Below are positions 1-8,403 of a stretch of DNA of 42,183 nt, one piece after another. The stretch lies in contig JACRCW010000031.1 in assembly GCA_016218805.1 (NCBI GenBank), positions 62,001 to 104,183 of the forward strand, read 5' to 3'. Every line of letters starts with the position of its first letter. Position 1 is the first letter of the stretch. The position numbers were made by a program, and so were the translations under genes. The notes beneath the pieces were generated by a model, which searched no databases, was not told where the DNA came from, and saw only the letters and a program-made list of their open reading frames with translations. The stretch comes from Deltaproteobacteria bacterium. Lineage in GTDB: Bacteria; Myxococcota; JACRCW01.

Positions 1-118
1 ACCGTCGCTCTATCCAGCTGAGCTAATCGCGCACGCGGCGCGCGCGTATACACCCCGTGCGGAGGGTGCGCAACGCCGCAGCTTGCACGCCGCCCCTCCC
101 TCTTGGAACATCCGCTCC

Positions 119-787
119 ATGCTCCGCTCCGTCGCCATCCTGGTGTTGCTGGGCGCTGCCGCATGCCGTCCCGCGGCGCCCCCCAAAGACCCGCCCGCCC
201 CGCGTGAGGGCGCCCTGCCCCCGCCCTTCAACTTTGCCGAAGCCGAGGCCGGCCTCCTGTTCTCCTACGTGGACGCTGCGGGCGCGGTGCGCAGCGCGGA
301 CGCGCTCAAGGACGTCCCGGAGACGGCGCGCAAGAACCTGATGGTGGTGGACCTACGCAAGAGCCCGGAGGAGCGGATGGCGGACCGGTTTGTGTACTTT
401 GCGGACGCCACCGTGAAGAACCCGGAGGGCAGCTTCACGGCGCTGCCGGTGAGCCGCTACCAGGCTCCGGCGGGAGGCGGGCCGGTGGAGAGCTTTGTCG
501 CCGACACGCAGTCCCATGACGTGGTGGTCTACACGGCGGAATGGTGCGGCTTCTGCAAGAAGACCAAGGCGTTCCTCAAACAGAAGGGCGTCAGCTTCCG
601 CGAACGCGACGTGGAGCGGGACCCCGGCGCGGAGCGCGAGCTGCAGGCCAAGGCAAAACGCGCGGGCGTGCGCGTGTCCGGCGTGCCGGTGACGGACTTC
701 ATGGGCGAGCTGGTGATGGGCTTTGACCAGCCGCGGTTGGAGCGCCTCATCGCAGCGCGCGCGGCGGCACCGGCGCCGGCGCCGTGA
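119..787 (+). CDS. Glutaredoxin/NrdH-like domain lipoprotein
   Basis: Lipoprotein-like signal (…LLGAAAC); C-terminal 'VVVYTAEWCGFCKKTKAFLKQKGVSFRERDVE…GVPV…GFD' is a glutaredoxin fold with CxxC. ATG 119 chosen over the ORF-track start at 83. Confidence 0.8.
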   Translation: MLRSVAILVLLGAAACRPAAPPKDPPAPREGALPPPFNFAEAEAGLLFSYVDAAGAVRSADALKDVPETARKNLMVVDLRKSPEERMADRFVYFADATVKNPEGSFTALPVSRYQAPAGGGPVESFVADTQSHDVVVYTAEWCGFCKKTKAFLKQKGVSFRERDVERDPGAERELQAKAKRAGVRVSGVPVTDFMGELVMGFDQPRLERLIAARAAAPAPAP

Positions 788-791
788 CCCG

Positions 792-2249
792 TCAGCGGAC
801 CTTCTTCATCTCCGCCACAAATTCCGGCGCGGCAATGAACCCCTCCACGCGCGGGTCCTTCAGCAGGTTCCCCTGCGAGTCATAGAACACCACCGCGGGC
901 AGCCCGACGATGCCGTAGCGCCGCCACAGGTCCGTCATCGCCTCCGTCATCTCGGTCGCATCCACCAGCGCGGGCACAAACCGCTGCGCCTCGTCGACAA
1001 ACGCGGGTTCCACGTAGGTCTTGTGCTCCAGCTCTTTGCAGGCCGCGCACCAGTCCGCACCAAAGTCGATCATCACCGGCTTGCCCAGCTCGCGGCCCGC
1101 TTTCACCGCCGCGTCGTGGTCGCGGTACCACGCCACCGTCGTGGGTTTGGGGGGCGCGTCGGCCCAGCCCACCAGCGTGACCAGGGCCAGCGTGGACAGC
1201 GCCAGGCCCGCGGCCTTGCGCACGCGCGGGGCGGTGCCCGCGTCCTTGAAGCTGAGGTGCAGCGCCCCCACCGCCACGCCCAACGCCAGCAGCGCCAGCC
1301 CGGCGGGCAGCGCCCAGGGGTGCGCGCCCACCTCGCGCATGGCGGAGGCCAGCGCCTTGACGTGCGGCTTCACCAGGTATGCGGCCGCGCCAATCATGGC
1401 CAGGCCCAGCACGCTCTTGACGGCCTCCATCCACCGCCCGCTGCGCGGCATGCGGGACAGCGCGCTGGAGAAGGTGCCCAGCACCAGGAACAACAGCCCC
1501 ATGCCCAGGCTGTAGGACGCCATGAGCACCGCGCCGCGGCCCGGCTCACCGGACTTGGAGATGAGGCTGAGGATCACCGCCAGCACGGGCCCCGTGCAGG
1601 GTGCGGCAATGACGCCGGCGGCCAGGCCCATGAGGAAGGCGCCGCGGAAGCCGGAACCGCCCACCTGGCTGAGCCGGTTCTGCACCGCGGGCGGCAGCGC
1701 CAGATCAAACGCGCCAAACATGGACGCCGCCATGGCCAGGCACAGCGCGCCAATGCCCAACACCACGGCGGGGATGGCCATCAGGCCGCCGGAGATGAAC
1801 CCCAGCGAGGCAAACGTCACGCCCAGGCCGGTGTACAGCGTGCTCATGCCCAGCACGTACGCCGCGGACAGGCCAAACGCCTGCAGGCGGCTGGTGGCCT
1901 GCCGCGCGCCGAAGATGGAGATGGTGATGGGGATGAGCGGGTAGACGCACGGGGAGAGGCTGGTCAGCAGCCCGGCCACAAAGCTCAGCCCCAGCGCCAC
2001 GACGTGGTTGTCCCGGCACAGCGCCAGGAGCAGCTTGGCCTTGATGGCCAGGTCCGCCGCGGACCCCGCCGCCTGGGGAACCTCCTGGCATTCCCCCTGG
2101 GCGGCGGCCGTGGTCGCCCCCAGCGTGCCCAGCTCAGCGGCCAGCGCCGCGGCGGGCGCCACGGCGGTGAGCGCGAACACCCCGAGGGCCAGGGCCAACC
2201 GCGCCATCTTCCCGCCTGCACCGTGGATCATCCCGAAAGACCTTCCCAT
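792..2249 (-). CDS. dsbD: DsbD/CcdA-type transmembrane disulfide reductase with C-terminal thioredoxin domain
   Basis: TM domain with 'SLSPCVYPLIP' and 'AAPCTGP' cysteines; C-terminal 'DFGADWCAACKELE…GIVGLP'. No obvious N-terminal alpha domain. True start may be ATG 2207. Confidence 0.85.
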   Translation of the reverse strand: MGRSFGMIHGAGGKMARLALALGVFALTAVAPAAALAAELGTLGATTAAAQGECQEVPQAAGSAADLAIKAKLLLALCRDNHVVALGLSFVAGLLTSLSPCVYPLIPITISIFGARQATSRLQAFGLSAAYVLGMSTLYTGLGVTFASLGFISGGLMAIPAVVLGIGALCLAMAASMFGAFDLALPPAVQNRLSQVGGSGFRGAFLMGLAAGVIAAPCTGPVLAVILSLISKSGEPGRGAVLMASYSLGMGLLFLVLGTFSSALSRMPRSGRWMEAVKSVLGLAMIGAAAYLVKPHVKALASAMREVGAHPWALPAGLALLALGVAVGALHLSFKDAGTAPRVRKAAGLALSTLALVTLVGWADAPPKPTTVAWYRDHDAAVKAGRELGKPVMIDFGADWCAACKELEHKTYVEPAFVDEAQRFVPALVDATEMTEAMTDLWRRYGIVGLPAVVFYDSQGNLLKDPRVEGFIAAPEFVAEMKKVR

Positions 2250-2292
2250 CCGCGTAGGAGCCCGCGCGCCGCCGCGGGATGCGCCTGCGCGC

Positions 2293-4134
2293 TCACACCT
2301 TGCCCAGCAGCTCCAGTTTCAACCGCATCTTGACGTCGTTGTCCGTGTACAGCGCGCCGTGCTGCTGCTGCACCGGGTGGATCTCGCTCCCGGCCAGGAT
2401 GGCGCTGTCCTGCGCCACGGTGCCATCGCCGCAGTCCTCGTCCACAAATTGCGGGTCAATGAACTCCCCGTCCTTGCCGCGCTTGACGTTGATGCGCGCC
2501 AGCGTCTTCTGGCCGTAGCCAAAGATGGACACCACCGGCACGCGCGAACTGGTCCCCAGCTCCTCGTGGAATTCGCGCGCGTCCTTGATGGCCAGCTTCA
2601 CCTTCTCCGGCACCCAGCTGGTGTCATTGAGCAGGTCCACCGGGCCTTTCTCGTCGTGCACCACCGGGTAGGAGGGCAGCAGCTGGTAGGCGGACAGGAA
2701 GGTGGCCACTGTTTCCTTGAGCTTCTGCCTGTTGGTCCCAAACGGAAGCCCGCCCCCGCCCAACATGGTCATCAGGGGCTTGGGCGTCCCGCGGTTGGGC
2801 ACGCCCAGCTGCACCAGCCGGTCAATGTGGTGCCGGCCGCCCATGCGCTCCACGTAGTACCGCGCCACCAGCCCGCCGGCCGAATGCGCAATGACAATGA
2901 ACTTCCCCTGCGCCTTTTCCGGCAGTTCCTCCCACTCGGTGATGAGGTTGCCCAGGTGCCGCGCCGCGTGCCGCAGATCCGCACGCCAGTCATACGCGCA
3001 CACAAACAGGTCCCTGCCCGCCTGGTAGCCCAGCCCCTGCACCAGGTACTCAACCAGCCGGTTGTACGCGTCCAGCTTGATGAGCCCGGGGATCACCACC
3101 ACTTCCTCAACCAGGCCGCGCGGGGTGAGGTCCTTCTCCTCGGGCATCTTGAGCATCTCAGGCGTCTTGAGGAACGTCTTGGCCGCGGGCCACACCATGG
3201 CGTCGCCGCGGAACAGCGTGGAGCCCATGAAGCCGGGGACCACCACCACCGGCAGGCGCTGCCCGGCGGGCGTGGTGCGCGCGCGGCGCGTGGGCGGCGG
3301 CACCAGCGGCAGCTCCGCGGGCCGGCCCGCCTCCAGCGTCTCGTTGCTTTCGTCTGCCCGCGTGGTGCTGCGTGCGCTCACCGGGCGCACCGCCCGTGCG
3401 CCCGTGGACGTGGTGGAGCGCACCGCGCCTGCGCGCGGCGGCAGCGGGATGACCACGGACAGGTCGTCCTGGGTGAAGCCCGCCTTGAAGACAATGCGCG
3501 CGTCCCCCACCTCAAACATGTCCCCGCCGTGCAGCTCCGCGCTCTCCACCGGCGCACCGTTGAGCAGCGTGCCGTTGCGGCTCCCCAGGTCCCGCAGCGT
3601 CACGCCGCCGCCGTGCACCGTGAGCTCTGCGTGCTGGCGTGACACCTTGGGGTGCTCCACCTGCACGTCCACGCCCGGCTGCCGCCCAATCACCAGGCGC
3701 GGCCCGTTGAGCTTGTATTCCACGGACCGGCCCTCGCGCGTGACGACAATGCGCGGCACCGAGTGGTCGGTGATGGACGCTTCAAACCCCTCACCCACCT
3801 GGGTCATCAGCGTCTGGTCTTCCTGCGAGACAATCCCCGTCCCCACCGACACGCGCAGCGTGGTGCCGCCAATGATGACCTCGTCACCGGGGCGCACCAC
3901 CGCGTCCCGCACGCGGTTGCCGTTGAACTTGAACCCGTTGCTGCTCCCCAGGTCCTCCAACCGCAGCTGCGCCCCGGAGCACTGCAGCACCGCGTGGCGC
4001 CGGCTCACCTTGATGTCCAGCAGCACCACGTCGTTGTCCGCGCCCCGGCCAATGCTCACCCGCGGGCTGTCCAGCGAGTAGCGGACCTCGCCCCCGTCGG
4101 GTGCCACCACCACCAGCGTACCGAACCGGCCCAT
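2293..4134 (-). CDS. Tandem FHA domains fused to an LCAT/phospholipase-like alpha/beta hydrolase
   Basis: Two FHA signatures (IGR…VSRRHA…DLGSSNG; IGR…VSRQHA…DLGSRNGT); C-terminal 'VVVVPGFMGS', 'YDWR', nucleophile elbow 'AHSAGG', 'GDGTV', 'QHGAL'. Confidence 0.8.
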   Translation of the reverse strand: MGRFGTLVVVAPDGGEVRYSLDSPRVSIGRGADNDVVLLDIKVSRRHAVLQCSGAQLRLEDLGSSNGFKFNGNRVRDAVVRPGDEVIIGGTTLRVSVGTGIVSQEDQTLMTQVGEGFEASITDHSVPRIVVTREGRSVEYKLNGPRLVIGRQPGVDVQVEHPKVSRQHAELTVHGGGVTLRDLGSRNGTLLNGAPVESAELHGGDMFEVGDARIVFKAGFTQDDLSVVIPLPPRAGAVRSTTSTGARAVRPVSARSTTRADESNETLEAGRPAELPLVPPPTRRARTTPAGQRLPVVVVPGFMGSTLFRGDAMVWPAAKTFLKTPEMLKMPEEKDLTPRGLVEEVVVIPGLIKLDAYNRLVEYLVQGLGYQAGRDLFVCAYDWRADLRHAARHLGNLITEWEELPEKAQGKFIVIAHSAGGLVARYYVERMGGRHHIDRLVQLGVPNRGTPKPLMTMLGGGGLPFGTNRQKLKETVATFLSAYQLLPSYPVVHDEKGPVDLLNDTSWVPEKVKLAIKDAREFHEELGTSSRVPVVSIFGYGQKTLARINVKRGKDGEFIDPQFVDEDCGDGTVAQDSAILAGSEIHPVQQQHGALYTDNDVKMRLKLELLGKV

Positions 4135-4253
4135 CCGTCCTCGCGTATTCCCCGCACCGCGGGGAGATGCACCCTAGGGATCCCCCGTGGCGGGTTCAAG
4201 CCCGCGTGGACTAGCGTGGCTGCCCGGTGACGGGTGGCGACGGAGGCGGCGGC

Positions 4254-4439
4254 ATGTACACGGGCGTGAAGGTGTTCACGGCAACCAAGGCCAAGGAGCG
4301 CGAAGAGCTGGGTGACGCCGTCACCCAGTGGCTCAAGGACCACCGCGTGGAGATCATCAACACGGAGGTCCGGCAGAGTTCCGACCAAGAGTACCACTGC
4401 CTGAGCATTGTGCTGTTCTACCGGGACAAGCCCGCCTGA
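4254..4439 (+). CDS. Small hypothetical protein (61 aa)
   Basis: GGAGG upstream of ATG 4254; strong GC3 bias; 'GVKVFTATKAKEREELG…QSSDQEYHCLSIVLFY' resembles, from recollection, a small conserved myxobacterial protein. Confidence 0.75.
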   Translation: MYTGVKVFTATKAKEREELGDAVTQWLKDHRVEIINTEVRQSSDQEYHCLSIVLFYRDKPA

Positions 4440-4444
4440 CCCGC

Positions 4445-5230
4445 TCAGAAGCTGTACTTCACGCGCGGCACAATGGCGGCGTGCAGCTGCAGCGGCCACA
4501 CCATGGTCCCCAGCACCAGGTCCGCACCCACGGAGAAATGCCGCAGGTGCGTGTAGTACTCCACGCCGCCCATCACCTCGGCCGTGGGCGTCACGGCAAA
4601 CGTCACCGGCGGGAACGGTTGGAAGCTGATGGGGTTGGCCGGGATGCGGATGCCGGGCAGCGCCAGGCACAGCGGGTTGATGTCCGTGGGCTTGCTCCCG
4701 GACGGGGGCGGGATGCAGGCGGGGTTGGCGTTGGCGGCAGCCACTTCGCCGGGTGCCAGCGCGGCCACGCCCAGCGCCACGCGGCCGGAGAACGCCAGGC
4801 GGTCCCACAACGTCACCGGCACCACGCCCAGCGCAACACCCAGGTTGAAGTCCGCCAGGTCCCCCGTGTAGCTGCGGCCGCGGCGCACGCGCTTTTCGCG
4901 CACCTGGCTGACCAGGTAGCCCTCCACGGAGACCAGCCGGATGATGTCATAGCCGCCGCGCACGCCCGCGCGGAAACCCAGCCCGTTGTCGTCCGGGAAG
5001 AACGTGCGCGGGATGTTCTTGGGCGGCAGGGTGCTGACCCAATCCAGGTGCGTGAGCGGCGCGGCCTCCAGGGAGAACCACAGGCCGCGTTCCACCTCAT
5101 TGAGCTTGCGGGGAGCCGGCTGACCGGCCAGCGCGGCGGTCTCATCATCCCGGCGGTCCGCGCCGGAGGCTGGGCTGGCCCACAGCAGGCAAAGCGCCAG
5201 GCTGGCAACGAGGGTGGCGGAGTTCCTCAC
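4445..5230 (-). CDS. gltH: Outer-membrane beta-barrel protein, GltH/CglE-like
   Basis: Signal peptide; 'NEVERG', 'GGVEYYTHLRHFSVGAD', C-terminal 'VKYSF' beta-signal; lies downstream of gltG. Confidence 0.75.
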   Translation of the reverse strand: MRNSATLVASLALCLLWASPASGADRRDDETAALAGQPAPRKLNEVERGLWFSLEAAPLTHLDWVSTLPPKNIPRTFFPDDNGLGFRAGVRGGYDIIRLVSVEGYLVSQVREKRVRRGRSYTGDLADFNLGVALGVVPVTLWDRLAFSGRVALGVAALAPGEVAAANANPACIPPPSGSKPTDINPLCLALPGIRIPANPISFQPFPPVTFAVTPTAEVMGGVEYYTHLRHFSVGADLVLGTMVWPLQLHAAIVPRVKYSF

Positions 5231-5301
5231 GAGGTGAGCGCCTTAGCATGCCTGCCGGGGCGCCTAGAAGGCCGCCGGGCTCCGCCGAAACGGGGAGGAA
5301 C

Positions 5302-5964
5302 TCACCGCCGGTCCCGCCGCACCACCACCGGGCCGGGAAGCGACACGACGGGGGCGCGGAAGCTGGGCGCCACGACCGTGGGCCGCCCCACCGCCACCGG
5401 AGCGCCCGCGGAGCCACCCCCGGCGGGCGCACCGCGGCGCGTCCCCACCACCGCCGTCCCCAGCGTGGTGCCCACACCCACGCTCACGGCCACCCGGCCG
5501 TGCACGTCCAGGTCCGTGCCCAGGCGGTTGAGCAGCGCGAGGTACGGCGTCAGCAGGCTCAGGCGCACCCACGGGCGGTATCGCAGCGCCACCGCGGACT
5601 CCGGGACCGGCACCGCCGCCACCAGGCCCACGGCGGGCGCCAGGCTGCCCAGCACCGTGCATCCCTGCTGCGCCAACAGGGTGACACTCACCCGCAGGGA
5701 CACGGCAGCGTCCTCCACCCAGCCCAACCGCAGCCGCGGCAACCCCAGTGACAGCCGCAGGCCGGTGCGCGTGACCTCCAGGCGCAACCCGGCCTGGCTT
5801 GGGGCTGCCTGTGCCGTCAGGGACAATTCCGCCGCCTGGAGCACGCCGCGCGCCGCGCTGCAGGCACGCACATCAGCCAGCACCGGGTCAGGCGCCGTGG
5901 CCAGCAGCAGCATGGAAAGGAGCGCCAGCACGCCGTGCCTCCGTGAACCGGGCGGATGTAACAC
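5302..5964 (-). CDS. Hypothetical, possibly exported protein
   Basis: ORF filling the gltG-gltH gap on the operon strand; hydrophobic N-terminus (LALLSMLLLATA). No recognisable domain; start uncertain. Confidence 0.45.
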   Translation of the reverse strand: MLHPPGSRRHGVLALLSMLLLATAPDPVLADVRACSAARGVLQAAELSLTAQAAPSQAGLRLEVTRTGLRLSLGLPRLRLGWVEDAAVSLRVSVTLLAQQGCTVLGSLAPAVGLVAAVPVPESAVALRYRPWVRLSLLTPYLALLNRLGTDLDVHGRVAVSVGVGTTLGTAVVGTRRGAPAGGGSAGAPVAVGRPTVVAPSFRAPVVSLPGPVVVRRDRR

Positions 5965-6006
5965 GCTCTTGCGTGGCGCGCACCGCCACCTCCCCCCGGG
6001 GACGGG

Positions 6007-7983
6007 TCAGCCGCCCTGCTTGAAGATGAACGGGTAGGTGACAATGACGATGCCGCCGCCCTTGGGCTTGGGGAAGATCCAGCCGCGCACCTTGCCGGTG
6101 ACGCAGGATTCGGCGGACTTGTTGTTCAGCGTGGACTCCGCCACCACCGCGGACTGCACGTTGCCCTGCGCGCCAATGACAAACTTCACGCCCACCTTGC
6201 CGGCCAGCCCCGGGGAACGCGTCAGTTCGCGCTCATAGCAGTACTTGATCTGCTGGATGTTCTCGCGAATCACGCGGCGGATGATCTCCTTGTCCAGCGA
6301 GCCCAGGATGACCGGCGCGCCCTGGCTGATGTCAATGCTGTGCTCCGTCTTGCCGCCCAGCCCGCCGCCGCCAGCGCCGTAACCCGAGTTGCCGCCGCCC
6401 CGGCCGCGCGTGCCGATCTTGCCCACGCCGAACGTGCTCGTCGACGTGCCGCCGCCGCCGGGACCGTGGCCGCGTTCGCCCAGGCCGCCGAAGCCGTACG
6501 CCTCACCCACCTGCCGGCCGCTGATGCCGCCAAACGCCGTCTCCAGCGCGTTGTTGTCCCCGCCGGCAAACACCGCGGACGAACTCCCGCCGCCGAACAG
6601 CTGCGCGATCTTGTCCTGCACGACCTTCTCATCCTGCGCGCGCTTCTCCGCCTTGGTGGCCATGCGGCCCTGCGGCTTGTCCTTGGACACCTCCTTCTTG
6701 CCGGCCTTGCCCGAATCCCCCTTGTACGCCGCCGCCGCCTTGCCCTTGTCACCCTTGGACGCCTCCAGCTTCTTGAGGAAGTCACTCTTGGGCTTCTTTT
6801 CCGGGTTGATGATGAACTGCGTGAAGCGGTTGTTGGTCTGGAACAGGTCCTCTTCCAGGCTCTTGGTGTCCTGCGGGTAGAGAATCAGCGTGGCCAGGAA
6901 CGCGGCGCTCATGAAGATCGTCGTCATGAACGTGTTCATCCAGCCGTAGTCCACCGCGCCAAACGGCGCCGCCGCCACCTTGCGCCGCGGCTCGGTGAAC
7001 CGGAACGCCAGGATCATGTCGTGGAACATCAGCTCACCGGAGTGGTCCGGTGACAGCGGAATCTCCCCGCCCTTGCCTTCCTTGAGGTCACGCAGGCCCT
7101 TGCCCGTACGGATGAAGCCGGAGAATCCCGGCGGCAGGTTGAGCGCGTAGCTGCTGCCGGAACAGGTGAACAGCGGCTTGGGTGGCGGCGGAAACTCCTG
7201 CGAATCAATGTGGATGTCCCCGCCCGCACCAAAGGTCACCACGGGCTTGTGATCGTGGTGCTGGACTTCAATGACGGTGAGCCCCCAGCGGACCTGGACC
7301 TCCAGCACCGCGCGGGACGCATCCGGCACCGGCTCCGGCGCCGTCTCCATCGGTCCTTCTTCGTCGTCTTCGTATTCGCCTTCAGGCAGGTCATCATCCG
7401 CCGCCGCGGCCGGCACCGGGGCGCGTGCGGGTGCCGGGGCGGGGGCAGGCTTGTGGGAAGCGGCCTTGACCGCTGCGGGGGGCGGTGGGGGTGGGGCCGC
7501 TTCCACCGGCGCTGCTTGCACCGGAGGAGGCGTTGCCGGCGCTGCCACGGGTGCCGGCGTGGGCACCGGGGCCGGCATGGGGCTGGGCGCCGCCGCCACG
7601 GGCGCCAGACGGGACCCGGAGTTGGTCACCCCGGCGGGCTTGGAGAACACGCCGCTGCCCTCAGGGGCCAGCAGGCTGGCCGGTGCTCCCAGGCCCACCA
7701 TCAGCCGGGTGTCCCCCACCACAATGGTGTCACCGTCCTTGAGTTTGAGCTTGTTGACCTTCTCCCCGTTGACGAACGTCCCCTCCGCGCTCCCCATGTC
7801 AATAATGGAGACGTCCCGCCCCCCGGTGACCTCAATGACCGCGTGGATGCGGGAGACCTTCTGGTCATCCAGCTTCAGGTGCGCCGTGGCCAGCCGACCG
7901 ATCTTGATGATGTCCTGGTCAAAGTCCTTCTGTGCCACCAGGGTGTCACCGTGGAAGATCTTGAAATTGATTGGCATTCCCAT
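6007..7983 (-). CDS. gltG: Gliding protein GltG (FHA, TM, Gly-rich linker, TonB_C/AgmX-PglI C-terminal domain)
   Basis: N-terminal FHA (IKIGR…VSRIHA…DMGSAEGT), Pro/Ala linker, single TM, Gly-rich region, C-terminal 'GSLDKEIIRRVI…YCYERE…FPKPKGGGIVIVTYPFIF'. Confidence 0.9.
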   Translation of the reverse strand: MGMPINFKIFHGDTLVAQKDFDQDIIKIGRLATAHLKLDDQKVSRIHAVIEVTGGRDVSIIDMGSAEGTFVNGEKVNKLKLKDGDTIVVGDTRLMVGLGAPASLLAPEGSGVFSKPAGVTNSGSRLAPVAAAPSPMPAPVPTPAPVAAPATPPPVQAAPVEAAPPPPPPAAVKAASHKPAPAPAPARAPVPAAAADDDLPEGEYEDDEEGPMETAPEPVPDASRAVLEVQVRWGLTVIEVQHHDHKPVVTFGAGGDIHIDSQEFPPPPKPLFTCSGSSYALNLPPGFSGFIRTGKGLRDLKEGKGGEIPLSPDHSGELMFHDMILAFRFTEPRRKVAAAPFGAVDYGWMNTFMTTIFMSAAFLATLILYPQDTKSLEEDLFQTNNRFTQFIINPEKKPKSDFLKKLEASKGDKGKAAAAYKGDSGKAGKKEVSKDKPQGRMATKAEKRAQDEKVVQDKIAQLFGGGSSSAVFAGGDNNALETAFGGISGRQVGEAYGFGGLGERGHGPGGGGTSTSTFGVGKIGTRGRGGGNSGYGAGGGGLGGKTEHSIDISQGAPVILGSLDKEIIRRVIRENIQQIKYCYERELTRSPGLAGKVGVKFVIGAQGNVQSAVVAESTLNNKSAESCVTGKVRGWIFPKPKGGGIVIVTYPFIFKQGG

Positions 7984-8049
7984 GGTGTCACCTTCCCTGG
8001 TCCGGGTGCTGGCGATGGGTGTGACGCCGTCCGGTAGCCACGGGTTCCC

Positions 8050-8331
8050 TCACAGGCTGCCGGCGGACTGCAGGATGCGCCGGCGGAAGTTCTCGCGGAT
8101 CTTGATGAGGCTCTTGTGGCGGGCCTTCTTGCGCGCCTCCAGGTACTCGCCGTCCGGCGTCTTGAGGTCACCTTCAATGGTGTCATCTTCAAAGTTGATG
8201 ACCGTCTTGCGCTGGTACTGGTTGCCGTCGCCACCGGCCACCGTGTCCTTGTCCTCCGCCCACGCAAGACCGCCCGCGCTCAGCAGCGCCGCCACCATCC
8301 ACACCCGTGCCGTCTGGTTCATGCCTGCCAC
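8050..8331 (-). CDS. gltF: Gliding protein GltF/CglF
   Basis: Signal peptide followed by 'KTVINFEDDTIEGDLKTPDGEY…SLIKIRENF'; positioned between gltE and gltG. Confidence 0.9.
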   Translation of the reverse strand: MAGMNQTARVWMVAALLSAGGLAWAEDKDTVAGGDGNQYQRKTVINFEDDTIEGDLKTPDGEYLEARKKARHKSLIKIRENFRRRILQSAGSL

Positions 8332-8403
8332 TCCTCAGCAACCATCCTAGGTACCAACCCTATCGCAGCGGGCCAACTTCCCAGCTCCACACCTTGTCCT
8401 ACA

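Noticed and set aside
723..6037. Long plus-strand ORFs 723-2333, 2008-3642, 3062-4081 and 4328-6037
   Set aside because: Antisense shadows of motif-bearing minus-strand genes, expected at high GC.
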